Source of the DNA: Candidatus Poribacteria bacterium
Lineage (GTDB): Bacteria; Poribacteria; WGA-4E; WGA-3G
Reading direction: 5' to 3'
DNA: 64,000 nucleotides
Assembly: GCA_965198235.1 (NCBI GenBank)
Contig: OZ240248.1
Coordinates: 3,168,001 to 3,232,000, forward strand
Below, in pieces: positions 28,499-37,296 of the stretch; within the stretch, counting starts at the first letter, position 1; each line of letters opens with the position of its first letter. The position numbers and the translations under genes are program-made. The notes below the pieces were generated by a model. It ran no database searches, was not told the DNA's origin, and was given only the letters and a program-made list of their open reading frames with translations.

Positions 28499-29623
28499 TT
28501 ACATCAATTCGACGAAGACTTCGTTTGCGAGGAAGAGTCCGCGAGGTGTGAGGCGGAGATGGGTGGAGGTTTGTTCTAAAAGTTGTAAATCTAACCATTT
28601 TTTGAGGATGTTCCCGAACGCGGCTTCGATGTCTTCGCCGAAACGGTTTCGATACCCTGCCAGGGAGATACCTTCGCGCTTCCGAAGTGCGAGCATGAGC
28701 GTTTCTGCCTTCTCAGCGGGTCCTGTCATGCGTTCGGTGTCGGCGATCGGTTTATGACGTTGGGAGAGTTTGTTAATGTAGGGCGCGATACCCCGAATGT
28801 TGGTATAACGCACGCCGTTTATATACCCACACGCTCCCACACCGAGTCCGATGCACGGTTGATTGTTCCAGTAGACGAGGTTGTGCCTCGCGAAGTGGTT
28901 CGGTTTGGCGAAGTTACAGATTTCATAATGCGTATACCCGTGCATGGTGAGTGTCTCAATGGTGTATTGGAACATATCCGCTTCGGTGTCCTCGGTAGGG
29001 AGGTGGAGTTCACCGGCTTGCCACCATTCATAAAACGGTGTCGTTTCCTCCATGACGAGGTTATAGACTGAAATATGATTCGGTTCAAGGGAGATTACTT
29101 CGTTGAGGGTGTGGTGCCACGCTTCCATCGTTTGGTCAGGCAGTGCGAAAATGAGGTCGACGTTGATGTTCTCAAAGCCGCCTTCGCGGGCGAGGCGATA
29201 ACTCTGCAGAAATTCAGCAACAGTGTGGATTCTGCCTAACTGTTTCAAGGTGTCGTCTTGCATGGCTTGTAGCCCGAAACTGAGCCGATTCACGCCGTTG
29301 TTTTGCATCACCTTCAGCTTCTCACCATCGACGGTTCCCGGATTACATTCTACAGTGATTTCAGCGTTCGGGGTTATTTGGAAATGCCGGTGGATGTCGG
29401 CGAATAACTGTGCCAAAGCGTCCGCAGAGAGGATAGAAGGAGTGCCACCCCCGATGAAAACTGTTTGTAACGGGTCGGTTTCAGAGGCGTAGAGTTCCAT
29501 CTCTGTTCGGAGTGCCGCTAAGTATGCTTTCGCCTCGTCTTTATGGAAGGTATACGTATTGAAGGCGCAGTAGTAGCACTTCGTGGCGCAAAATGGGATA
29601 TGGATGTAGACGGAGGAAGCCAT
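28499..29623 (-). CDS. hemW: Radical SAM heme chaperone
   Basis: YIHIPFC..KC.YC.FN, GGGTPS, YEICNF, HNLVYW. Confidence 0.9.
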   Translation of the reverse strand: MASSVYIHIPFCATKCYYCAFNTYTFHKDEAKAYLAALRTEMELYASETDPLQTVFIGGGTPSILSADALAQLFADIHRHFQITPNAEITVECNPGTVDGEKLKVMQNNGVNRLSFGLQAMQDDTLKQLGRIHTVAEFLQSYRLAREGGFENINVDLIFALPDQTMEAWHHTLNEVISLEPNHISVYNLVMEETTPFYEWWQAGELHLPTEDTEADMFQYTIETLTMHGYTHYEICNFAKPNHFARHNLVYWNNQPCIGLGVGACGYINGVRYTNIRGIAPYINKLSQRHKPIADTERMTGPAEKAETLMLALRKREGISLAGYRNRFGEDIEAAFGNILKKWLDLQLLEQTSTHLRLTPRGLFLANEVFVELM

Positions 29624-29624
29624 T

Positions 29625-30728
29625 TTATTCTGTAAATTCCAACCCGACTCGGATTGCCTCGCCGCTATCGGCGTAAGAGAACGCTTCGTTAATGTCGCTG
29701 AACGGAAAGGTGTCAGAGATGATTTTGTGGAACGGATACCTGTCTCGTGTTCGGCTTAGGAAATCGAGGGCACGCGGGATGACCCACGGCTCATAAACGA
29801 TTATGCCGCGAATCGCTTTACTGCAGCGGACGATGTTACCGGGATCAATCTCTGTAGGGAATCCGAGATTGATGTTACCGATCCAGAGATAACGGCCACC
29901 CCATCGGAGCATCTCCACCCCTTCGGCAAGGACGCGCGGCGATCCGACAAACTCGGCGACGAGGTCTGCCCCGATGCCGCGGGTCTGGTCGAGGACGTAT
30001 TCGACACGTGATTTCATATCAACTTCGTCGACGTTGAGGGTCTCATCTGCGCCGAACTCCTGCGCGAGTGCGAGGCGTGCGGGTAGCCGATCGAAAACGA
30101 TGATTTTTCCGGCACCCATCTCCCGTGCGACCGCTGTCGCGTAGAGTCCGAGTCCGCCGGCACCTTGGATGACCACAGTATCACCGAGTGTGATACCGAT
30201 CTGGTTCAGTCCGTAAATGACTTCGGACAAGGCGCAGTTGATGGGGGATACGAGCGCGTCAGGGAGTGCGTCGGGAACTTTGAACACCCAATGTCCGGGT
30301 TTCATGTAGTAGTACTCACCGTAGGCACCGTGGAAATGAGGTGGCTGCTCGCTGGAGACACCGAGCCAATCTCGGTAGCGGTCAGGACATCCCGGTTTTC
30401 CGTTGAGACACATCCAACAGTGTTGACACGGTTTGAAATAGGAGTAGGCGATGCGATCGCCTTCGGTTAACGGTTGTCCAGTGCTATCCATTGTGATATT
30501 GCGTCCCATTGCTTCAATCGTGCCGATCATTTCATGTCCGAGCACTTGGGGGATACCGCTCTCGATTTTGGGTCCATGTCCGCGCCAAAAGTGTAGGTCG
30601 GAACCGCAGATATTTGCCATACGGATCCGTACGAGCAGGTCGTCGGGTGTGACGGATGGAATCGGGTATTCCCGGAATTCCATGGGCGTTTGCGCTTGTG
30701 TGAAGATGGCGACTTTTCCAGTTTTCAT
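29625..30728 (-). CDS. Zinc-binding alcohol dehydrogenase (MDR family)
   Basis: CGSD, GHE, CxxCxxC structural zinc, GAGGLG. Confidence 0.9.
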   Translation of the reverse strand: MKTGKVAIFTQAQTPMEFREYPIPSVTPDDLLVRIRMANICGSDLHFWRGHGPKIESGIPQVLGHEMIGTIEAMGRNITMDSTGQPLTEGDRIAYSYFKPCQHCWMCLNGKPGCPDRYRDWLGVSSEQPPHFHGAYGEYYYMKPGHWVFKVPDALPDALVSPINCALSEVIYGLNQIGITLGDTVVIQGAGGLGLYATAVAREMGAGKIIVFDRLPARLALAQEFGADETLNVDEVDMKSRVEYVLDQTRGIGADLVAEFVGSPRVLAEGVEMLRWGGRYLWIGNINLGFPTEIDPGNIVRCSKAIRGIIVYEPWVIPRALDFLSRTRDRYPFHKIISDTFPFSDINEAFSYADSGEAIRVGLEFTE

Positions 30729-30791
30729 TGTAAATCTCCAGAGAACAGCCGTGTTTTTTGTGTAGTGGTGGTTAGGCCTAAGCAGAATGTC

Positions 30792-31127
30792 TCAGACAGC
30801 AGTCGAGATGTTAATCTCGGCTGGAGGAGTATCAGCAGGCCTCTCTCGGACAACAATTTCAATGTCGCGATCCAATTGTCTGAGCAGGACAAATAGGCGT
30901 TCGATCGAAAAGTCGTCAAGCCTGCCGTTTAGAAGTGCCGTGACTTCGGACTTACTAATACTAAGCTGCGTAGCTGCCTTGCCAGGCTTAAGTTTCCTTT
31001 CGGTTATAATATCATAGATTATTAAGGCAAGACGGGTTTTCGCGAGGTATTCCTCTGGATTGGGAATTTCTAAATCCTTGAATACATTACCGCTGCCTAC
31101 TTCGTATTCAATTTTTTCCTTAGTCAT
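30792..31127 (-). CDS. XRE/HigA-like HTH antitoxin
   Basis: GSGNVFKDL...HTH...FSIERL. Confidence 0.85.
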   Translation of the reverse strand: MTKEKIEYEVGSGNVFKDLEIPNPEEYLAKTRLALIIYDIITERKLKPGKAATQLSISKSEVTALLNGRLDDFSIERLFVLLRQLDRDIEIVVRERPADTPPAEINISTAV

Positions 31128-31470
31128 TTTCGTTCTCCTTTTGAGCAAGTTCTTTTGCTGAGTTCAAACGCTTGCGAATTAGATCGATTTCCTTCTTCGG
31201 AGTTTTTATCCTAAATTTCGATTTTTTCTGGAAACAATGAAGCACATAAATCATCTCTCCCAGATTGACTGCGTAAATTGCCCGATAGGTGTCCCGATCA
31301 TAATTACTCACAATTTCATACACGCCCGAGAATCTTCGTAAGGGCTTTGCCTTGTGATGTGTTAAGCCAGCCTGTGCTCCTTCCAAGACAAAGCCAATCT
31401 CACGCCGCACATTGGCGGGAAATGTTAAAAGCCGCTTTTTGGAGTCCGCAACCCAGAAAACGGATTTCAT
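31120..31470 (-). CDS. RelE/HigB (Gp49-like) toxin
   Basis: GVYEI...YRAIY...YVLHCFQKKS..TPKKEI; toxin-first order. Confidence 0.88.
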   Translation of the reverse strand: MKSVFWVADSKKRLLTFPANVRREIGFVLEGAQAGLTHHKAKPLRRFSGVYEIVSNYDRDTYRAIYAVNLGEMIYVLHCFQKKSKFRIKTPKKEIDLIRKRLNSAKELAQKENEND

Positions 31471-31512
31471 TTTTTTTCTTGCATAGATACATTCCGTCAG
31501 AATTGTAACGCC

Positions 31513-31905
31513 TTAATACTCGTCGAAATTGACCACTTTCCATCGTCCATCAATCTGTTCGGTGTTAATAATGACGTTTCGGGTGTGCGTTGTCGTGCCT
31601 CTGGTTTTGATGGTGAGCCTGTAGTTGAATAATACGTGTGTTGAGTCCTCTTCTTTGCCGATAGGTTCGTATTCGATTTTCGGCATCTCATCCATCTGTT
31701 GCCCTGGAGACCGGACTTCACGCACACGAGCGATTTCATCTTCTAATTTTTCTGCCGCAAGCCCGTGGCTGAGTTGTAACGCCGCCGCTTGGTCAGCCCG
31801 CTGGTAGTAGTTATAGATAAAGTCTTCGCTGACACCGCGCGGTGTGTTTCTGTTTGAACACGCAAGTATTAACAGGATGAGCAGTAAGAGGTATCTCTGT
31901 TTCAT
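31513..31905 (-). CDS. Hypothetical lipoprotein (NTF2-like)
   Basis: Lipobox ILAC; ends GRWKVVNF. Confidence 0.6.
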   Translation of the reverse strand: MKQRYLLLLILLILACSNRNTPRGVSEDFIYNYYQRADQAAALQLSHGLAAEKLEDEIARVREVRSPGQQMDEMPKIEYEPIGKEEDSTHVLFNYRLTIKTRGTTTHTRNVIINTEQIDGRWKVVNFDEY

Positions 31906-32082
31906 TTTTCTAATTTACCTTGCGGCGTGCTGGCGTGGTTTTAGCAGGCACGTGCCTTTGAAAAATCTGAAGAAATACGCAGAAATACGCAGAAACACCC
32001 TATCAAAAACCCCTATCAAAAACACCCCTCCACTTCGTTACGGGCTACGTTTGAGATGTTGCTGATTGCTAATTGCTTTAGT

Positions 32083-33399
32083 TTATTTTTTGGTGCGAAT
32101 CATCGCGACGTTGAAAATACGGCGTTCGTAGCCGTGCGCGGGGTTGTTCGCAACTCTTCCGAGTGCCCATAATGTCGAGGAGCTTCCACCATCGAAGTTG
32201 ATGGCGTGTTTGATGCCGAGTTCACTGAAAAACGTTCCCATGTGATAGAGCGTCATCCCCATACTGTACCCAGGCTGTCTTCCGTCGACGGCGATGAGGA
32301 ACAGTTTTTCATCGTTAAATCCGAGAGCACTGCGCGGGTGACGGGACGCAGCGTTGCGATGCCTGTGGGCACTACGACCGCGTGACTCTCCAAACTCCAT
32401 GAGTTCAGGTTCGACCTTACCGTCCCGGACAAGCCGCAAGTTCCCGCCGATCCCCTGCTGAACACGTTGCCATTTTTTAGGCGTGAGGGCAATTTCTAAT
32501 GTGCCCGCTGTGGATTTGGTAATTTTGTCTGTCCAGTCGCGTGCCAAACCCGGTTCAATCGCAAGAACAACCCCATCAAACGGGATAATGCTGTTGCCGC
32601 GTGGGGTCACCGCAGTGACGACGAATCTGCTTGTGTATTTTCCGGTGATCGGGAGTTCAATTTGTCTGAGCGTAAACTCGTAGCATCGGCGCGTTAAGGT
32701 TCTGCGTCCGAAGCGTGGTGTATAGATTACGACGGGGCACGATGAATCGCAGATTTGGTTGACTGCCTCGATCGGAAGCGCGTCGGCGGTCCCACCCTCC
32801 ATACGGAGTTTACCGTTGAGTTTCACTCTATCCAAGAGAAACTCGCCGTCCGGAGTTACGCCGAAACTCGTTTCGCCCCACGCTGAGGGTGGCGAATATC
32901 CCCATCTGTCAAGCGGTGTCGGAATGCTAATAAGTTCACCGTTCTGGATATGCAGATTGAACATCATACCGCCACGTCCGCGATTGTCCTCTCGAATGCC
33001 GAAACTTCCGTTGACACCTGCGAGCGGTAACACGTCTTTTTCCATGAGTCGCCTTGTCGCATCGGTAATGGTTTCGCGTTCTAAGATTTGATCGTTGGCG
33101 AGTTCAACAGCGAATTGGAGGTTTTTCGCTGTGCGGTCCATTTCTGCGATATAGACCGCTGCGCCACCTGTCCACCAATACCGAAGCAGTCGAAAACCTT
33201 TGGACCATCGATTGCTTTGGAGTTCATCACGTCGTTTGACGGTGTCAGGAAGTGCCTCTCGGTTTTTACTGTTGCCAGCACCGATGCGAAAAAACGAGTG
33301 TTCTCGCGCACGCAGTGCCCCGATCACCAAGATAAAGAGCAGGATAAGCGCGCATACGGTAATGAGTCGCATGAAGTCAGGTCTGTTTTCTCTCATCAT
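32083..33399 (-). CDS. Phosphodiester glycosidase (NAGPA) family protein
   Basis: GVNGSF, HPRSALG, VDGRQ, AINFDGGSS. Confidence 0.85.
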   Translation of the reverse strand: MMRENRPDFMRLITVCALILLFILVIGALRAREHSFFRIGAGNSKNREALPDTVKRRDELQSNRWSKGFRLLRYWWTGGAAVYIAEMDRTAKNLQFAVELANDQILERETITDATRRLMEKDVLPLAGVNGSFGIREDNRGRGGMMFNLHIQNGELISIPTPLDRWGYSPPSAWGETSFGVTPDGEFLLDRVKLNGKLRMEGGTADALPIEAVNQICDSSCPVVIYTPRFGRRTLTRRCYEFTLRQIELPITGKYTSRFVVTAVTPRGNSIIPFDGVVLAIEPGLARDWTDKITKSTAGTLEIALTPKKWQRVQQGIGGNLRLVRDGKVEPELMEFGESRGRSAHRHRNAASRHPRSALGFNDEKLFLIAVDGRQPGYSMGMTLYHMGTFFSELGIKHAINFDGGSSSTLWALGRVANNPAHGYERRIFNVAMIRTKK

Positions 33400-33496
33400 T
33401 TCTCTATTTTTTTATTTCCTATCAGATTCAATTATTGTAAGGGTCGCGTCCTTCGGTACTGCTATAGACTGCGATTACTGACTGCTGACAACGGTT

Positions 33497-34600
33497 TTAC
33501 TTACTTGCCTTTAAACCGATACCGGTGAGGATGGAGACTGTCAAATCGCCCTCTTGGATGATACCTGACTCTTGGCATTTCTGATATGCTTTAACGACGA
33601 CAGCCGATGTAGGTTCCACATAAATCCCTTTGGCAGCAAGTGTTTTCATGCCTTCCTCGATGTCTGTGTCGTTGACTGTGGTGAATGTGCCGTTTGTAAT
33701 ACGGAGTGCCTCCAAAATATTATCGCCTCGGATAGGGAGTTCAGCGGTAATGCCTTCAGCAAGTGTCTCTCCAGTTTGTTTCATTCTTGAGACAGATGTT
33801 CCTTTGTCAACGTATGCGTTGTAAATTGGACAGCAAACATCGGGTTGGACACCAAGGAGCCGAGGAATCCTTTCGATAATCCCTTGTGTTTGCAATTCAC
33901 GGAATCCGATGGCGAGTCCCAAATAGATACTCCCGAATCCGACTGGACAAATGACGTGTGTCGGCGCACGCCATCCGAGTTGTTCGGTAATTTCATACGC
34001 GAGGGTCTTTGTGCCTTCTAAGAAAAACGGATGCCAGTTATGGGAGGCGTAGCAGGTGGTTTCTGCTGCGAGTTTTACTGCTTCTGTCGTTGCCATGCGG
34101 TTTCCTTCCACCAATTTTAACTCAGCACCGTAAGCGGAAATCTGTCTCAATTTGCCTTTCGAGGTAGACTCAGGACAGTAGATGGTGCAGTGGATGCCTG
34201 CCCTCGCGCTATAGGCGGCTATCGCGGCACCGGCGTTACCCGATGAATCCTCAACGATCGTCTCGACACCGAGTGCTTTGAGATGCGTGAGCAGGACGGA
34301 TGCGCCTCGGTCCTTATAAGAACCGGTCGGACAGAGATAGTCCAATTTTATGAAATGTTCAGGTGTGTTAGTGTCGAGTGGAACAAGTGGTGTCATGCCT
34401 TCACCGAGCGTGACAATCTCTGTCTTTTCACTGATCGGTAGTGCTTCGCGATACCGCCAGAGCGACATCGCCGCCGGGACCTGTGGATTTGGACAGATCT
34501 GTGAATCCGCGACGAGGTTCAGCGCGCTTCCACAGTCGCACTTATAGCGCAACGGTGAGATCTGATATACGTTGTTGCATTTGGCACATTGATACTGCAT
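33497..34600 (-). CDS. thrC: Threonine synthase-like PLP enzyme
   Basis: LGEGMTPL, PTGSYKDRG, DSSGNAG, VEPTSA. Confidence 0.8.
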   Translation of the reverse strand: MQYQCAKCNNVYQISPLRYKCDCGSALNLVADSQICPNPQVPAAMSLWRYREALPISEKTEIVTLGEGMTPLVPLDTNTPEHFIKLDYLCPTGSYKDRGASVLLTHLKALGVETIVEDSSGNAGAAIAAYSARAGIHCTIYCPESTSKGKLRQISAYGAELKLVEGNRMATTEAVKLAAETTCYASHNWHPFFLEGTKTLAYEITEQLGWRAPTHVICPVGFGSIYLGLAIGFRELQTQGIIERIPRLLGVQPDVCCPIYNAYVDKGTSVSRMKQTGETLAEGITAELPIRGDNILEALRITNGTFTTVNDTDIEEGMKTLAAKGIYVEPTSAVVVKAYQKCQESGIIQEGDLTVSILTGIGLKASK

Positions 34601-34618
34601 TATTCAAGTTCGTCCATT

Positions 34619-34900
34619 CTATTTCAAAATGAGCATACGCCGGGTTTGCTGGAAAGAAGGTGTTGTCAGTTGGTAGAAATAGATGCCACTTGCAACCGGT
34701 TCACCTAAGTCGTTACGTCCATCCCAATAGGCGGCACGTTCTCGATCCTGATAATAGCCTGTGGACTGATAACCGAGCGGAACTGACGACGAACGCCCAC
34801 GTCTGATTAAGGGGCATTGCAAACGGTGCTGCAGCGACCTGTGTCTGATTCGTCCATTTTGCGCCGACGAAGACGATGTCGCGTGCTTGTGGGACGTTGA
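34619..34900 (-). pseudogene. Remnant of a secreted protein's FlgD/T9SS-like C-terminal domain
   Basis: GYY....AAYWDGRNDLGEPVASGIYFYQL...TRRMLILK; the upstream VAAAP linker is in another frame and the NYPNPF segment is missing. Confidence 0.7.
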
Positions 34901-35076
34901 CGATGTATCCCTTCCCAAAGATTAGAATCTAAACCCTTAAGGATAATGTGAGTTAGACGTGAGAAGGAGTTGTGTTTCCAAGGGAGAACCGCTATGGTAT
35001 AATGAGGTATCTAAACCGATATCGAAACGAGTTCTCCATGAATATTATAGCACTTTTCTGTAATATTGACCACTTT

Positions 35077-36078
35077 TTATTCATCCCAGGGCAGTGGCAC
35101 ATCTAATCGTTCGCTGACCTCGCGTGCGGATTCCTGTTCCATCTCACCGTAACGGATACCTGCGCGGCGATGCTGTTCCGTACGTTCCATTTCGATGGCA
35201 CCGGGTAGCAGTGCCCTGTCGGTTCCCGGCATCGGCTCGTAAGTTTCGCGGACATCCCGCACCATGCGGTCGACTTCAGCGTGGAAAACATCAGGTGGCA
35301 CAACGGATTCAATGTCTATTGCGAGTACCATACCCCCCTGTGGAGGGTTCCATTTTGCGGTGTCTTCGGGTGGTGGTTCGGTGAAGCCGGTCAGTCCGCC
35401 ACCGAGGAGGTGTGCCAGAGCGGTATAGCCGATGCTCTTGAAGAAGGCAGCGGGGATGATCGAAAGCAGGGTGTCGAATTCGGGACCGCGCTGATAGTCA
35501 GCCATAATACAGGTGGCTGCGTCGAGCACGACCGGTGGTTCATCACCAGAAGGTATAGCGAAACAGATGGGCGGGTTGCCGAAGTAGCCAAGCTGCGGTT
35601 TGGAGTCTTGGTTTCCGGCATTGCCGTGGTTCTGGGAGCCCTGTACCGAAAAACCGATGCATCCGGCTTCGTTACACATCCGCGAGTAGTGGCCCGCGGA
35701 CCCGTAGTGCCCAATGTAGCGGACGAGTCCCATCCCAATACCTACCTCTTTCGCTTTGGCGATGGCGTGTTCGGTTGCACGCACCATCGGGAGATAGCCG
35801 AGTGTGCCGTTTCCATCCAGCACGACAGCCGTTGGTGTTTCATGGATGACGCGGATATTCGGGTTGGGATTGAGATTTCCGCTTTCAAAGCCAGCACAAT
35901 ACCTATTAACAGTCCGTGTACCGTGACTACGGACACCTCGCAGGTCGGAATTAACGAGCAAGCGGCTGATGAGTGCGGCGTGTTCATGTGGGAGACCTGC
36001 CTTCTCAAAGCAGGTGGTAGAGAAGTTGAGAAGTCGTTCCTCATCTACTAAGACGAAAGCTTCTGGTGGTCTGTTCAT
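35077..36078 (-). CDS. Ldh_2 family (malate/L-lactate/L-sulfolactate-type) oxidoreductase
   Basis: DLRGVRSHG, HYGSAGHY, GNPPI, LLPG. Confidence 0.88.
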   Translation of the reverse strand: MNRPPEAFVLVDEERLLNFSTTCFEKAGLPHEHAALISRLLVNSDLRGVRSHGTRTVNRYCAGFESGNLNPNPNIRVIHETPTAVVLDGNGTLGYLPMVRATEHAIAKAKEVGIGMGLVRYIGHYGSAGHYSRMCNEAGCIGFSVQGSQNHGNAGNQDSKPQLGYFGNPPICFAIPSGDEPPVVLDAATCIMADYQRGPEFDTLLSIIPAAFFKSIGYTALAHLLGGGLTGFTEPPPEDTAKWNPPQGGMVLAIDIESVVPPDVFHAEVDRMVRDVRETYEPMPGTDRALLPGAIEMERTEQHRRAGIRYGEMEQESAREVSERLDVPLPWDE

Positions 36079-36221
36079 GCCTTTTTCCTTCCTTGGTTGT
36101 GAACATGCGAGATTAGTGCCCTTTCCCAGTAACAGGTGGAGATCCCCTCGTCAATGACGGCAGTGCATTTTTGCGTCTATTTAATTCATTTTTAGTTTCG
36201 TTTCCTATAAGCGTGTGGAGG

Positions 36222-37226
36222 TTATTCGTCCCAAGGCAGTGGCACACCTAAGCGTTCACTGACCCCGCGTGCGGATTCCTGTTCCATTTCACCGTAACGG
36301 ATGCCTGCGCGGCGATGCTGTTCCGTACGTTCGGTTTCAATCGCTCCCGGTAGTAGTGCTCTGTCTGTCCCCGGCATTGGCTCATAGGTTTCACGAACAT
36401 CATGCACCATCCGATCGACTTCTGCGTTGAAAACAGCGGATGGCACAACGGATTCGATATCTATAGCGAGCACCATTCCTCCCAGGCTTCCACCATTCCA
36501 TTTTGCAGTATTTTCGGGTGGTGGTTCAGTGAAGCCAGTTAGCGCACCACCGAGCAGACTCGCAACTGCGGTGTAGCCGATGCTCTTGAAGAAGGCAGCG
36601 GGGATGACTGAAAGCAACGCATCGAAATCGGGACCGCGTTGGTAATCTGCCATGATACAGGTTGCCGCGTCGAGCACGACTGGTGGTTCATCGCCGGAGG
36701 GGATGGCAAAACAGATCGGCGGATTGCCGTAGTAGCCGAGTTGCGGTTTGGAATCTTGGTTTCCAGCGTTGCCTTGGTTCTGATACCCCTGTACTGAAAA
36801 ACCGATACAACCCGCCTCATTACAGATTCGTGCATAGTGTCCTGCAGATCCATAGTGCCCAATATAACGCACCAGTCCCATCCCAATGCCCACTTCTTTC
36901 GCTTTGGCGATGGCGTGTTCGGTTGCACGCACCATTGGAAGATAGCCGAGTGTGCCATTTCCATCCAGCACGACCGCCGTTGGTGTTTCATGGATGACGC
37001 GGATATCGGGGTTGGGATTGAAACTTCCGTTTTCAAAGCCAGCACAATATCCATTAACAGTCCGTGTGCCGTGACTGCGGACACCTCGCAGGTCGGAATT
37101 GACGAGTAAGCGGCTGATGAGTGCGGCGTGTTCGTGTGTGATGCCGGCTTTTTCAAAGCAAGTGGTCGAGAAGTTGAGAAGTCGTTCTTCGTCTACATGG
37201 ACGAAGGCTTCTGGTGGTCTATTCAT
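36222..37226 (-). CDS. Ldh_2 family oxidoreductase, tandem paralogue
   Basis: Nearly the same protein as 35077-36078. Confidence 0.88.
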   Translation of the reverse strand: MNRPPEAFVHVDEERLLNFSTTCFEKAGITHEHAALISRLLVNSDLRGVRSHGTRTVNGYCAGFENGSFNPNPDIRVIHETPTAVVLDGNGTLGYLPMVRATEHAIAKAKEVGIGMGLVRYIGHYGSAGHYARICNEAGCIGFSVQGYQNQGNAGNQDSKPQLGYYGNPPICFAIPSGDEPPVVLDAATCIMADYQRGPDFDALLSVIPAAFFKSIGYTAVASLLGGALTGFTEPPPENTAKWNGGSLGGMVLAIDIESVVPSAVFNAEVDRMVHDVRETYEPMPGTDRALLPGAIETERTEQHRRAGIRYGEMEQESARGVSERLGVPLPWDE

Positions 37227-37296
37227 AGCAATCTCCTATTTTTTGTAGTGGCACCAAGTGTTTTTGGAGCGTTTGGCTGAGAGGAAGGATTTGGAT

